Shown here piece by piece: positions 47,870 through 61,180 of a stretch of 64,000 bases of DNA; the stretch's first letter is position 1; the number at the start of each line of letters is the position of its first letter. Origin of the DNA: Podarcis muralis (taxonomy: Eukaryota); assembly GCF_964188315.1 (NCBI RefSeq), contig NC_135660.1, positions 35,960,001-36,024,000 on the forward strand, in the 5' to 3' direction. Below the pieces are notes generated by a model. The model saw only the letters and a list, made by a program, of their open reading frames with translations. It ran no database searches and was not told the origin of the DNA. The position numbers and the translations under genes were made by a program.

Positions 47870-48195
47870 TATTTGGTAAAGCTTCCACCTACCTGTGCAT
47901 GTGCAATTGCTGTCTCAAATGTGCACACCTTAGCTTGGCCGTGGCTTATGTTTCCAAATCGGCTGGAAGCTGGTTTGGGGGGAAACAACAGTGTTTCTCA
48001 AGAAACTAAAGGAGACATATGGATTGTGGCTAGTGTTTTGTGTACTTGGGTTCAAATGGCAACAGTGGGAGTGTACTGGAGCGGAAGTAAATAGCAACGG
48101 GTATACAGCCTTCTTTAAAATTAATGTTCCAGCCCCAAGCTGTTTATGGTTAATCTTTCTGGGCCTGTGGGCACCATGCACATACCACAACTCCT

Positions 48196-48227
48196 CACTC
48201 ACTCACTCACTCACTCACTCACTCACT
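48196..48227. repeat. (CACT)n microsatellite
   Basis: Direct inspection. Confidence 0.85.
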
Positions 48228-48744
48228 CCCCACCAGCAATTAGGTTTCTAAAAAGTCTTCTACTGGCTACAATACAAGATTCCTTTCAAACCCAAGGAGA
48301 AGAGGCAGGGTAGGGGCTCCTAGGCACCAGGGAAGGTCTCTGCATGTGCTTGTGTGACATGGGTGCCACATTGGCAACTCATGGTTTATAAGGAAGGAAG
48401 GCCCTTTGCAGTCATTCCTGATCAAAGCAAGCACCTGCCCACTTGTACACAAAAACTGATTAAGAATAGCCAATGTGATCTGAAAAATGTGCTTGCACAC
48501 CAGAGGGTCAGATGTGGGGAAGGCAGGTGCGTTGCACAAATAAATTAACAGATTTTGGTGTATGAAAAGTTTGAGAACAAATACGCATATGGCATAAATT
48601 GCGTGGAAGAAGCCTTGGGATGTCTGCTTTCTAGTAAGCATCTGGTTCTTTCTGTAATACAAAATACAATAAACTGTCAGTACTGCCCTTTAAAACATAT
48701 ATATGCCCTGCTTTGTGTCTCTTTGCAGGAGTCCTGCTGTTGAA

Positions 48745-48840
48745 ATGGCACTAATAGCCCTGAGTATCTTCGTGTGGATAGCTTTCCTAGATACAGGATG
48801 GGGAAGCAAACCTGCAGCCTATCACAGCCTTTGCAGACTG
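48745..48840 (+). CDS. NRROS: NRROS first coding exon (signal peptide)
   Basis: Acceptor CTTTGCAG at 48728; MALIALSIFVWIAFLDTGWGSKPAAYHSLCRL|GTGAGT. 96 nt, phase 0, in frame with the LRR exon. Confidence 0.85.
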
Positions 48841-49514
48841 GTGAGTCTGTCTTCTATCAACTTTCTTTTCTTCATTTATTTTGAACCATGGGTCAGCAAC
48901 TCCAGGGGTCCACAAATGACAATGGGTTGTATCCACCAAGCTTCTCCATTAGTACAAGGGCTTCCACCTGTGCAAAAAGGACTTCTTTTCCCTCTTTTCT
49001 CCCTGCATGCCCCCTATCCACCCCACAAATCTGTTCTGGGGTTTCCCCAACCCTCCAAGAAGATTTTGGAGTCATGGGGGACACGCAGTGAGAGGAAGTC
49101 CCGTTGTGCATCTAGAAGTCCTTGTGCCAACTGGACAACTTTATTGGATACAACCCAATATTATCCTGTTTTTATTGTAATTATTGTTATAGATTTTATA
49201 TATGTATATCGTTTTAATTCTATCAATGTTTAGTTGTATTTAATGATTGATCTTTCTATGTTTTTAACAACAACAGCAGCAACAACAACTAATTAATAAT
49301 AATGAATAAAACTTCTATTATTTGTACCCTACCCATCTGAGTAGCTTGCGCCAGCCACTCTGGTGGCTCTAGGTGTAAATATGTGTCACAGATCACGTCT
49401 GCATTGCCCTGGCAACCTCTGTTCCCCCACTAAGCCACAAGAATATTAAGAATCACAAGAAATTGCAATTGCTGGGTTGAATCTACACCTGATTTCTTCT
49501 GCTACATTAGCAGA

Positions 49515-49881
49515 CAGGGCTGTCTTAACCTGGGGGTGCAAGGGGTGCGGTGCACCTGGGTTCCAAATTCGGGGGGGGCACCAAATGTATTCGGGGGTGC
49601 ACCAAATGTATACCTACTATACACCGGACCCTCTCTACCAGTGGCAGTGAAAGGCAATGGAGCGAAAGTCCCTGCCCCCCTGCTCCGTCGCTCTGTTACT
49701 ACCTAGCATTATGAAACAAGCAGTTATTTCCACTGTGAAAAAGGTCAACAACTTTGGCTTCCCCCCTCCCCCAAAAAGCTTTTAGTTGCCCCCCCACCAA
49801 ATCTGGGGGCAGCTAAACTAAATTTGGGGGTGCTGGGTGGATCTTTGCACCCTGGCGGCGCATATGCTAAAGACGGCCCTA
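49515..49881. mobile_element. hAT-type MITE in the NRROS intron
   Basis: CAGGGCTGTCTTAA ... CTAAAGACGGCCCTA; TSD TTAGCAGA / GTAGCAGA. Confidence 0.75.
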
Positions 49882-50915
49882 GTAGCAGAGCAGGTGTTAC
49901 AAATTTCCCATAATCTGATAATAGCTTGATCACTTTTTCCACACCATTCAAACTTGCATGGTTATTCAGAATGAGAGAGAAAAATCTAATTCTTGCAGGG
50001 CCATAGAGTTTACAATAAAGGAAGTAGCAGAAATGTTCTCTTTGGTAGTTTGTCCATAGGCACAAAAAAGCAGATACCTTAGATTGTTTTGTGGTGTTCA
50101 TGACGGGCGGTATGGTTTGAAAGCAAAGCCTTGTCACTTTATAACTGGCTCTGCATTTGTCCAGATCATCCTTAGAAATGTTTCTAAAAGATCACAAGTC
50201 AGGATTGTTGCGGATTCAGAAATTCTGCATGGGCAAAGAAAAAAATAGTAGAAATGGTTCTGACTACAGAACCTGAGACTCTCAGCTTCCATTTCTAAAA
50301 GAGAAATTTCCAGCCCTTGGGGAAAGAAAGGTAGGGTTGAAAGGTGGGTAATGGCTGGTAGAAATTCAGAAGCTAGAAGCGTGGCTTGAATGAGATTTTC
50401 TATGGTTAGGAGACAGGTTTCAGTGTTGCCACAAACATCAGAGCTCCTTCCTTTTTAGATTAAATGTGCAAATTTGTATCATGAATATTAGTTGCCAGAA
50501 TTTGTTTTTCTTTGTGCAAATTTGGGTGGGTTACCATAATGAAGATTCTGTTTTGTTTTGAGTGCAGGGCACATACAGCTCTGAAAATATTGATATGGAA
50601 AACATTTACTGTCAAAGTGTTTTATCCATTAAACTATCTTTGCCCGATATTGTCCACACCAACTGGCAGGAACTCTCCAAGTTATCGGGCAAAGATCTCT
50701 CCCAGCTCCCTGAGATACTTCACAGGATATGCCAGGGACTGAACCTGTGATCTTTTACATGCCAAATATGTGCTCAGTCCCTAGCATTTTAACTTGGAAT
50801 CTACAGGGCTTGAGTTAAGCCCTTTGGTTACTGTGCTCATTTGAAGTGCAGTATGGCTTTAGTAGCTGGGCCCACCTTTTTTTGTCCCATACATCTCTTT
50901 CTTTTTCTGCTGCAG

Positions 50916-52868
50916 GAACAGAGAACTGCAGACTGCAAAGGCAAGAGGCTGAGCTCTGTCTCACAAGACTTGCCTCCTGGAACAATGGAGCTCTTCCTGG
51001 ATGCAAATGTTATACAGACCCTAAAGAATGCATCTTTAGTAAGGTATCAAGTCCTGCAGAGCCTCAGTCTGTGTGAGAATGGGTTGGAGCTCATTGAGCC
51101 TGGGGCTTTCCTTGGCACCAGGAGCCTCAGTAGTCTATCTCTGGCCAACAATGCCCTCTCTGTGAACTATTCTGCAACAGCAGCTGCTCTGGGGACTTTG
51201 CCTGCCCTGAGGAAGCTGGACCTATCTGGAAATCTGCTCAATGAAGCTATGATGGCCACCTTGATCCAGGATTTGTCCTCTCTAGAATCTTTGTCCTTGG
51301 CCTGGAACTCCATCATGAGGCTGGATGACTCTCACTTAAAAAATCTGCCCAAGCTGCAGCACCTAGATTTGCAGCACAACTACATATTTGAGATTGAGAC
51401 TGGCGCCTTTGATGGTTTGCGATGGCTACAGCAGCTTAATCTGGCCTACAACTACATTCCTTGCATGGTGGAGTTTGACCTGACCCAACTCCGGATGCTA
51501 AATGTCAGCAACAATCAAATCGAGTGGTTCTTGGCTGCAGAGAATGATGCTGCCTTTGAACTAGAAACACTAGATCTTTCCTACAACCAGCTCCTCTTCT
51601 TCCCGCTGTTGCCCAAGCAAAATAAACTGAGAACTCTGCTGCTGATGCACAACCAATTGAACTTCTACAACAATATTTTCAATGACTCAGAGGGCACAGT
51701 GCAACTGTTATTCCTGGATGGCAACATCACCAACATCACCACCCTTGACCTCTGGGCCGAAAACCATCATAGCAACCTCTCTTCCCTGCAGTTCCTAGAC
51801 ATGAGTTGGAACCAGCTCTGGTACCTTCCAGAAAGGTTTTTTGAAGGCATGTCTTCCCTTGCTCATCTGAACCTCAACCACAACTGCTTAGAGACATTAC
51901 AGATACAGGAGAGTGACCTGCTCAGCACTCTCGTTGACTTGGATCTCAGCTACAACCAACTTCAGGATCTGCAGATGAACTTGGACCATAGAAGCAGCTT
52001 AGCCAACCTCAGAACATTGAGTCTGAGCACCAACAGACTGCGTGGCTTGCCTGCTAAAATCTTTACTCACACAACAAAGATCACTACACTTGACCTCAGT
52101 AAAAACCCTATAAAGCTTTGTGCCTCACATGCTGCTGGAAGTTCCAGTTGCATAGATATCAGTAATGCTGGCTCCATAAGGAATCTTTTCTTGTCTGGCT
52201 GTGACCTAGAAATACTGGACACCCACATCTTTCAGGGGACTTCTATAGCACACTTAGACCTTTCTGACAATCCCAGGTCACTACTTGATGGCTTAGGACC
52301 TCTGAAAGATGTTGCACAATCACTGCAGGTGCTCTATCTTAGGAACACTGGACTTTCTGCTGCAAGGACAAATATGGACTTCTCTGCTTTTCAGAAGCTG
52401 GTAAACCTAGATCTATCTGAAAATTCTCTGGCTAGCTTCCCTGATTCTTTAGCAGGCCTGGAACTGCAAATTCTGGATCTAAGGAGAAATTGTCTCCATG
52501 CCCTACCTCAGTATGCCATGCAGAAGCTTGGAAAGAGCTTACATGAGATCTACCTCAGCCAGAATCCTTATGACTGCTGCCAGCTGGGTTGGTGGGATGC
52601 CCTGCATGACAGTGACACTGTACGCATTCTAGACTGGAATCAAGTCACTTGCAACTTTTCCTCTAAGTTCATCCGTGTAGCAAATTTGCCTGAATCAGTC
52701 ATCCAGAATTGCAAGTGGCTAACGGCAGATATGACCCTGCTGCATCTGGTCCTTGTTCTTCCTACCTGTTTGGCCCTGCTAGTTGCCTTTGTTATCATCT
52801 TCCTGACTTTCAGGCAACGAATTCTTCAAGTGGTGAAGAGCAGGTACAGAAGGTCCAGCCCTTATTGA
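50916..52868 (+). CDS. NRROS: NRROS (LRRC33) main exon: LRR ectodomain, LRRCT, TM helix and short tail; total 682 aa
   Basis: GCTGCAG|GAA CAG... with many LxxLxLxxN repeats; FELETLDLSYNQLLFFPLLP, YLSQNPYDCC and LVLVLPTCLALLV match recalled human NRROS; ends KSRYRRSSPY*. Confidence 0.95.
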   Translation, partial: EQRTADCKGKRLSSVSQDLPPGTMELFLDANVIQTLKNASLVRYQVLQSLSLCENGLELIEPGAFLGTRSLSSLSLANNALSVNYSATAAALGTLPALRKLDLSGNLLNEAMMATLIQDLSSLESLSLAWNSIMRLDDSHLKNLPKLQHLDLQHNYIFEIETGAFDGLRWLQQLNLAYNYIPCMVEFDLTQLRMLNVSNNQIEWFLAAENDAAFELETLDLSYNQLLFFPLLPKQNKLRTLLLMHNQLNFYNNIFNDSEGTVQLLFLDGNITNITTLDLWAENHHSNLSSLQFLDMSWNQLWYLPERFFEGMSSLAHLNLNHNCLETLQIQESDLLSTLVDLDLSYNQLQDLQMNLDHRSSLANLRTLSLSTNRLRGLPAKIFTHTTKITTLDLSKNPIKLCASHAAGSSSCIDISNAGSIRNLFLSGCDLEILDTHIFQGTSIAHLDLSDNPRSLLDGLGPLKDVAQSLQVLYLRNTGLSAARTNMDFSAFQKLVNLDLSENSLASFPDSLAGLELQILDLRRNCLHALPQYAMQKLGKSLHEIYLSQNPYDCCQLGWWDALHDSDTVRILDWNQVTCNFSSKFIRVANLPESVIQNCKWLTADMTLLHLVLVLPTCLALLVAFVIIFLTFRQRILQVVKSRYRRSSPY

Positions 52869-53023
52869 CTCTGGGATGGTGTGAAGAAAACAGCCACTCG
52901 GACCCTCTAGAATGGGCATAGGTAGGACTGGGAAATCCTATTGGGTGATAATGCATCCATGAATGGGGCTCCAGGAAGCCACAGTGTGTGGCAGTGCTTT
53001 ATATGGAGTTGCCCAATGTGTGT

Positions 53024-53029
53024 AATAAA
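53024..53029 (+). terminator. NRROS: Candidate NRROS poly(A) signal (second at 53195-53200)
   Basis: AATAAA about 155 nt after the stop codon. Confidence 0.45.
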
Positions 53030-56000
53030 GTGTCCTCGTATGTAGTTGGCAGGGATGGCATAGCACACAGTTCTGTGCAAAGACAAATGCAAGATAGTAA
53101 TCCTGTTTAATGTTCACAATAGGAAGAAAAAGGCCTTTATAAACATGAAAGACAAGTGAAAGGGACTGATGTTGGGAACCAATCATGATGTTTGAATAAA
53201 TGCAGCTCCCAAACAGGTGTAACTTCTTGGCCAAGCACTAACTAATTTTTTTCCCTTTCAGGAGGAACACTTCCCCTACCCCCACCCCCACCCCCATTTG
53301 TGGGCTTTATCCACATGCCAGTTGAAATACTCATATGACAGACCTAATGTTGGAGGGAACACTGAGGGGCATTCCAAGGCCATCTCAGCAGTGATGGCTA
53401 CAGCACAGCTTCCCAACATGTAGAGGAGGTGCAATTCATAAAATGAGATGGTGCAATATAAGGAAGCCATAACTTCACTGCAGATGTGAATGGCATGTGG
53501 AGCACTGTATGAAATGATTACCAACCTGGCACCTCTTACTCCAACTGACCCCCAAGTGTTGTGTTGGACTAGAGATGCAGGTGGCAATGCAAGCATCTTG
53601 CTGCCTACATGCTCCAAGACAGCTGTTTGATCATTAGCTGAAATTGCTATGGTTGCACACACAAAGAAGGGCAAGGGGAGAACAGAGCAAAATCTGGACC
53701 CCTTCATCCCCTTACCATGCTGTGCTCCAGTGCAGTGGTCCATCCCCTTTGACTGATCTCTCAAGCCAGAAGTGAGCTACAAAGTGCAGTGGGGTAAAGA
53801 GCCTATTTCGTTTTGTGTAAAGAGTAGACACACCCATTTGATATGTGAGTGGGGCAAACACATTTCAGCATAGACACGGTGGCCCTGTATGTCTGGCTTG
53901 GCCCTCAGAGCATTAAGTCAGGGTGGTTATGATAACATTGTCAATAGCAAAAATGCATCAGTTCACGAAGAGATTGGCAACATCTGAAGATCCTTCAGAA
54001 TTTATTTTTTCTTTTTTAAAGGTTTCTAGTTCATTCCCCACTTGCTGTGTAAAATGTGTGGCCTGCTAAAGTTGTTAGGAGACCTTTGACAAATTGTACT
54101 AATGTGTGGTCTGAGATTCCCATAATTCTTTAGGGGAAGCCATGACTGTTTAAATGGTGTAAATGTGATTTAAATTCAAGGTATAGACGTGATCCTAATG
54201 ACAGCAGTAAAAACAATGTAATGGAAGTGGGTGCCACAAGGCAAGAGCAGGGCTGCTGTACCAGAGGAAACTGGCATTCTCTTAGTAAGCAGCTTGTTTT
54301 TGGTATGTATGTGGATCAGCGCTAGCTGTTTGAGGCGTCCCTGTGGTAGAGGTTTACAGGCAGGAAAACCACATGCTGTGAAAACCTCAGGCTATGTTCT
54401 GAATCTGATGCTTGCACACCCTGCAGATGTGTGGGTGCATCTTGGTCGACTTTTCGTTCTGAAACGTAGGGTCAGGTTTCAGTTACCAATAAGTAATGCA
54501 CAGTTCAAATGAAAGAACAGGACAGTTTCAGATGCTTGTGTTTCACTTCGCCTCATGTCAATCACGAGGTAGTGCAACCTAAATATTATGTGCAGAGCTG
54601 TCCACTTCACTTACCTCATGAAGAATATTGTTTCCTGTGAAAAGTCATGCATAATTAGCACAGTCTTCAAGGCGGCACTACTAGGCTACTGTGACTGAGA
54701 CTTACTTGTTTTACGTGCAGGGTAAATAGTGAATAAATTCTAAGGCAGGAGTCGCTAAATATTTTTGGCCTGAGAGACACATTCAGCCTTGACCAATAGT
54801 GGTCATATGCCAGTGATGGATGTAGTCACCCCACACGACTGCATGAATACTCTTGCACATACGCATGCGCAACCATATAGGACACAGACACACAAAGTCC
54901 CACCAAACATCTGGAGAGAGAGATTTAATTGTCTTTGTCCAGCACAGCACCATGCCAACTTTATTCTCTTCTCATTTTTCTGCCACTACAAAAATGGATG
55001 GGGTCTTGGGAGTGCCAGGAAAAGAATTCTTTGTGGGAACCAAGGCAGACTCCTGGATATAGAAACATTATGGTTGTAATGTTTAACTGTTGGATTGGTT
55101 AGGTTAATTAAAACTTTTAATAAACTGCAAAAGGTGCCTTGAAAAGGAGATAGACTGCAATTGCTGGCATCTGTTCCTCCAAATGTTTTAATCGTTGCTC
55201 TCCCCAAACTGAGTATGGTGGTACAAGACGCCCTGTTATTTTCGTGTGCTGGGAGATGCCAGAAATGACTGTGCCTCTTTTCCTGTATTAGGCAGATGTC
55301 TTAGCTTCCTCTGTAGTACGATCAGTGAAGATTAACTGGTTCTGCTTTTGTTAGAGGGAAAAAAATTACTCAGTTCAGGATGTGGTTAGCAGAATCGGCA
55401 TCGGGTGTTGCCCAACAGAAAACTGGTAGGTGGTTAGGGAGAAAAAGGAATTAACTTCGCTTTTTATCTGATCAAAGCACACTGATGGAGAAACCACATC
55501 AGTTACAAGGAATGCTAAAAGAAGTTCTGTGAAGGCAGGAGCTGAATCATCTGAAGGCCTGGGCTCATGTCCCAAGCTTGTGGCTCAGACTGAACCCCTG
55601 ATCTGGGGTGAAGGGGCTAGGGAGTGGGATGGCCCAGGTTTTTGACAAGGAGTTGGTCTAGATTGGCTAGCCTTTGAGTCCTTTTGAACTTTTTGAGCCT
55701 AAAGGTCAGCACACTGAAAGCTTTCATGTGTGAATGAGGCACCACCAGTCAACCACCCTGGGTACAATTTTCTGCTAACCTCAAACACAGCACTTTTCTG
55801 TGAAGTTGCTCCACATGTTTGACTTCAAGGCTGTGTACACACTATACCTTTAAAGTACACTCAAAACACGTTCGTTCTTTCTCAAAGAATTATGGGCGCT
55901 GTAGTTTCCCCCTCACAGAGTTACTTAACAGCCTTAACATGCCTTTCTATTACCACCTCCAGTTTCCTACAGTCCTCTAGATCACAGGGGCGGGATTGGA

Positions 56001-57384
56001 TCCAACTGGCAGGTCCCACCCTTGTCTCCCACACCTGCCAATCACTTGATGCTGCAGCGGTGTCAGGCGATATGTTCTTGCACGGCACTGTGCACAGAAG
56101 CCCTGATGATCAGCTGAAAACCCATACATTTAAAGCACATGACTTTCCCCAAAAGAATTCTTGGAACTGTAGTTTACTTCTCACAGAGCTACAGTTCCCA
56201 GCACCCGTAATGAACAATAGTTCCCCACATAGTTTGGGAGGGGGAGTCGTGCACTTTAAATGCTTGGTACGAATGCAACCCAGATATGGAGTCTAGGTTT
56301 TCAGCATGAGCCTACAGTGTGGGCCACATCAGTGCATTGCCCTGCTTTGTGCAACAACATTATTCAGCCAGCTGAGCTTACCCTCGTGTATTTGGCTAGA
56401 CTCCAGCTGCCTTTACCTCAATGCTTCTTTACATGCTCTTTCAGTGGCTTTTCCCTTCTGCCGCACAATGTTGCCGCACTTTCTTTCTGCCACAAGTTCA
56501 CTTGCTGGTGTTTTATGTGGTCCATTTCTAGAATCTTTCGTGAGAGGAGGGGCATGGAACAGAGATTGGAGTGCCTCAAGGAAAAGCTGTGCACAATCAA
56601 TCAATCAATCAATCAATCAGGGTTTAAAATACCATTAAAGAATGTGGCTCAACTGGCAAATCCCCCTCCATTTCATCTGTTTCACAGACAGATTGATTTA
56701 TCCCAAATGATTTGTGGCTGCTTTTGATCAGCCTAGTTTCCCCCGCCCCAAACGCTTTCATCGATGAGGATTCCACAAAATCCTTAGTTCTGTAATGTGA
56801 TACAGAGATGCCTATCAGACCCAATTCCTAAAATAATTATTTCCCCATACTTATGCCTGTGTCCCACCCTCTAGCCACTGGTGCAATGCACACCAAATGA
56901 TGGGAATACATATTGAAATATAGCCAATAAAGTGGGCTGTAGGAGTGAGTAGGTTGAATGCCAACCCAAGCTTCCCTTTTGTGTTCTCAGTCAGCTCTGA
57001 TCTCCCTCCTTTCCCTTTCCTTCATCCCAGCCTTTGCCTGCTGGCTTAGGACCAAACTAGATGCCCTGTTAATTGTGTGAATGCATTAATTGGCAGCAAT
57101 GGGAGCCTCCCTTGAAATGCAAAGATACCGTAGTTTTGTCAGGATAACTGCAGATAGAGTTAAACTCCACCCCCACCCCACCCCAGTTTGCTTCTCCCAG
57201 TCATTCTCTCTGACTTTTGTTACCTGCATCCTATTCCTAGGCCTCTTGGATGGTCTTATAAGCATCCCTTATCTGGACCACTTGCTTCCTTAATCCCTCC
57301 TTCCATTCCACTCCGCATCCTCTTATCTCCAGTTTCTGCTTCATTGCTGCCCTCGTGTCAGTTTCTTGCTGCTCTGAATTGATG

Positions 57385-57752
57385 GAGAATTTGTTTGTAA
57401 TTTCATGAAAAATTATTTCAAACACAACTATCTTATGAAATTCACACTTCTCCAAATTTTGTGATGCAGTTCTCCAACCAAATATGGAAAAAATGCATAT
57501 ATTAGGGGGAAATGTACCTAAAAATCTATTTATGAGTCAAAATAACATCTATAATTGCATTATATAAGGGGTAATTGCTTCCAAAAATGTGTGTATTAGG
57601 AGAAACGTGCACTAAAATGCTGGTAAGTGTTCATGATTTTTTTTTTAAAGGAAGAAATCTCAAACTGCTGTGGAAATGTAGAGAACTGAATTTAAGTTTG
57701 GAAAAATGAGAAACTTAAGACAACTGAAACTGGCAGATTCATAGGTCCCTAC
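57385..57752. mobile_element. Degenerate non-autonomous DNA-transposon-like squamate repeat
   Basis: AT-rich repeat with GAGAACTGAATTTAAG...GAGAAACT and GATGCAGTTCTCCAACCAA motifs that I recall as a common squamate repeat; family not assignable here. Confidence 0.45.
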
Positions 57753-58153
57753 TCTAAACAACGGGATTTGTGCTGCAAATATTTTTGGGGAAAGGAGTCT
57801 ATAGATTGCAGCTTACTGAGAAATTGGTACTCTTTATGCATGCAATTTTTGGTAGCACCCACACACCATCATCAAACAGCCAGCTGACACATCTTTTACA
57901 ATTAATTTCCCCTTACTGCAGAAAAGTCAATTTTTTAATATTAAAAAGTAACCTATTATACATCTACAATCACTGTAGGTATAGAAGCTTGTTATCACAT
58001 TTTGCGTTTGTGGTAATAATTTGCTGAGCAGGTTATATCCTCACACCCTACTTCCATTTATTCCTCATCTGAGTACAGCCTAGGAATTTTGTGGCTGGCT
58101 GACCAAGTGGGAACACATCTGACCATTGCTGCATGCTGATTGGATGGTGTTCC

Positions 58154-58311
58154 CAGTGGCGTAGCGTGGGGGGTGCAGGGGGGGCCGGCCGCACTGGGCG
58201 CAACATCTGGGGCTAGGGCAAATCCACAGGTTAGGGGGCGCAAATCCACGGGTTAGGGGGCGCAAATTACTTGCCTTGCCCCGGGTGCTGACAACCCACG
58301 CTACGCCACTG
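58154..58311. mobile_element. 158-bp hAT MITE, inverted sister of the 34855 copy
   Basis: TIR CAGTGGCGTAGCGTGG; perfect TSD GGTGTTCC. Confidence 0.92.
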
Positions 58312-60117
58312 GGTGTTCCAAAATTTAAACATCTGGGTTTGGAAAAACGATCTCAATGCAGTACATGCAAGGGATGCCCTTGAAGACTGTAACTGCAATA
58401 CATACATTGGGATAATAATAATAATAATCTTTCACGAGACTGTATCTCTTTGTCTTTCTTCTGATTGGGCTATTAGACATTTTAAATATAACTTAAACTT
58501 TGGCCTCATAAAATAGGAAGGCAGCTGACATTCCCAGATGTACTCTTTTTATAATTAAAAAGGAGGTCCAGCATCTAGTGTTCATTTCTTTTATCATGTT
58601 GTAATTAGAATGTAATTGACTTCACAAAGAAACTTTCTATCACAAGTAGATGTCTTACTGGAAAAGGCCTCCTGTCAAGTAAATAAAAAAAAATGATTCC
58701 AATTAATCAGTTTTAATACTTTTCTAAACACTAGAGAGTGTACAGTGTCCAAGGAGCAATACAACTTATTCCTAAGCTGCTCTGTGCCTGGAGAGATACT
58801 TTTAAATGTTCTGAGGTTCCTGCAAAGTAAAGAAATTTGCCAAAAGTGAGTAGTTAAGTAATAAAACATTGCCCTCTGGAGACCAAATTTTATATATGTT
58901 TGAAATTTATAGTTTGCATACATGTGTCTTGGGGTACATTTTTGAATTTGAGTGTTTGTGTGTGTGTGTATATATATATATTGTGGTGTCTTTATGTATT
59001 CTCTGAGCCCAACTCACATACACATACCCATTCCCAAACTGGGTTAAAATTCTACAGAATGGGACCCACAACAGGGTCAATAAACAAGAGAACTGCAGTG
59101 GTGAAGCATCAGAAGTGCCTTTTCAGTTTCACATTGTTTTAGCTGGACTCCCAGCTATGGAGGTGAAACTGAGAAGGGAAAACTAGTGCACATTTATTAC
59201 ACTATTCAGTAGCCCACCTGCAGGGCCCTTAGAAAAAAAATACAGTGGCTAATACATTCTTTAGGCAGACTCAAGAACCTTTTCTAAAAAGCAGTCTATT
59301 GTTGCCATGGTTTCATACACCTGTCATTCTTGTTATCAGACATCATTTAATTCTGTCAACATTACTGACTCAGCTTTTCAAAATTACTTTATTGGACAGT
59401 TGTTTCTTCAGGTCTAACTACATAAAAATGGAAACAGAAAGCATATCATTTTAGTATCACAATAACGCATCCATTATTAGCACCACATAAAAGACTAACT
59501 GAAACAGAACAATCCTAAGTTAGTGTCTGATTCTGTGGCAAAGGAATAATCACTTCCTTCACTCCAATCAAGGTAGAAAGGGGGAGAGCAGTTTTTTCCC
59601 TTGCCTCCTCCCCTATTACTTTTATATGCTAGCAGTGCTTTCTGCTAGTGTAGTAAGGACTCCCTCTTGGCTAGCAGAATGCTGCTTAATGTTTCTAATG
59701 GCCTCTCAGCTGGCTTTAGGACTGCTTGTTAATTTGACTTCTAAATCATTATTTATCACACCCCAAAAACCCCATGTTAACAATAACTTAAGAGCATTAG
59801 TTTCAACACAGCCCTGCATACGTAAACATAAATGGTTTCACTGTGATTCCCCAAAAGCAATTCTTTAAAAACAAAAACAAAAAAACAACAGTATCACTTT
59901 AGTGTGAAACAGTAATATTGCAACTATCAAATATTGCAGCTCATATTCTGATGCAATTAAAAAAAATTAGAGAGGTAACTGCAAGTTTGGAAGTTCAACG
60001 GACAAACTGGTAATTAAACAACATTGCAAAACAATAAATAAGACATCAATTACTTGCAGAGTTAATTTTTTTGCAAAGTTAATGCTGCAGTGTGAAGTGC
60101 TGAAGTAGATCCATTGT

Positions 60118-60123
60118 TTTATT
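60118..60123 (-). terminator. CEP19: Candidate CEP19 poly(A) signal
   Basis: TTTATT on plus strand about 260 nt past the stop codon. Confidence 0.4.
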
Positions 60124-60379
60124 TACAACGGCAAAGAACTAGCATACAGTCTATATAAAACTCTTTTGAGTCTGGTTGTATCTTTTTCATCAAGCACCTC
60201 TGAACACTTTTTCATTAACGTGTTTACATTTTTTAAAAAAATGTAAGTCTTGATCTAATTTCACAGTATAAAATGTAGCAGCTGACTGATCACTCAAGTT
60301 TGGTTGCTAAAATATGAAGGGGCATGAGATATATATTCCCAATATGAGAAGACTCATCAATCCGCGGCTTGATTATGGA

Positions 60380-60738
60380 TCAAAACTCATCATCTGATTC
60401 ATCATCCCACTCACAGGCTTCAAGCTCTTCTTGTGGGAACTTCACCTCTACGTTGTAGACAAAATCAGGGTCATCTTTCTTTTTCCTGTTCTTTTCAAAC
60501 AATGCATCCATAATTTCTTTCCTTTTGGCTAGCTCCTTGTCATCTAGTTTGTTCAGGTCCTCTTCTGGGTCAATTGTTTCTTCTCGCTGAATTTGCTCCA
60601 GACCCTGAGTCAGATTTTGTCCCCCCAACTGGCATCTCAGCAAATTGTGTAATTTTTGTAGCTGTTCCATTGAGACACCTTCTAAATAAGTCTTGTGCCG
60701 AGGATTATTCTTTAGCTGTTCTGCTGCCCTGCTGCAAT
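60380..60738 (-). CDS. CEP19: CEP19 last coding exon
   Basis: GTGCAG|AT TGC AGC AGG: (D)[19 protein letters not shown]...[19 protein letters not shown]...[10 protein letters not shown]...ESDDEF*. 359 nt. Confidence 0.94.
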
Positions 60739-60920
60739 CTGCACCAATGAAAAGACAAAAAGTCCAGGTAACAAAAAATCATAATTTTGTTTATTTGTAA
60801 ATATGCATTTTAAAATGTTTTTCCTAAAGTTAATCCGGAAATACATGTCTCTGAGGACTATTTCCCACCTCTTTCACATCTATTTGTGAAGAACAGAGGG
60901 AGATGCGGACTATATATATA

Positions 60921-61180
60921 CAGTCATACCTCGGGATGAATACACTTTGGGTTAAGCATTTTCGGGTTGTGCTCTGCAGCGACCCAGAAGTAACGGAGCT
61001 TGTTACTTCCGGATTTCGTCATGCGCGCATGCGCAGACCGTCAAAATGAAGTCACATGCATGCGCAGAAGCGCCGAAACGTGACCCACACACGTGCAGAT
61101 GCGTGGACACAGGTTACGTTCGCTTTGGGATGCGAACGGGGCTCCGGAATGGATCCCGTTCGCATCCCGAGGTACCACTG
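60921..61180. mobile_element. MITE family B copy (inverted) in the CEP19 intron
   Basis: TA|CAGTCATACCTC ... GAGGTACCACTG|TA. Confidence 0.88.

Noticed and set aside
48841-49233. Read-through extension of the NRROS signal-peptide ORF (176 aa in the track)
   Set aside because: Continues past a canonical GTGAGT donor into intronic repeat sequence.
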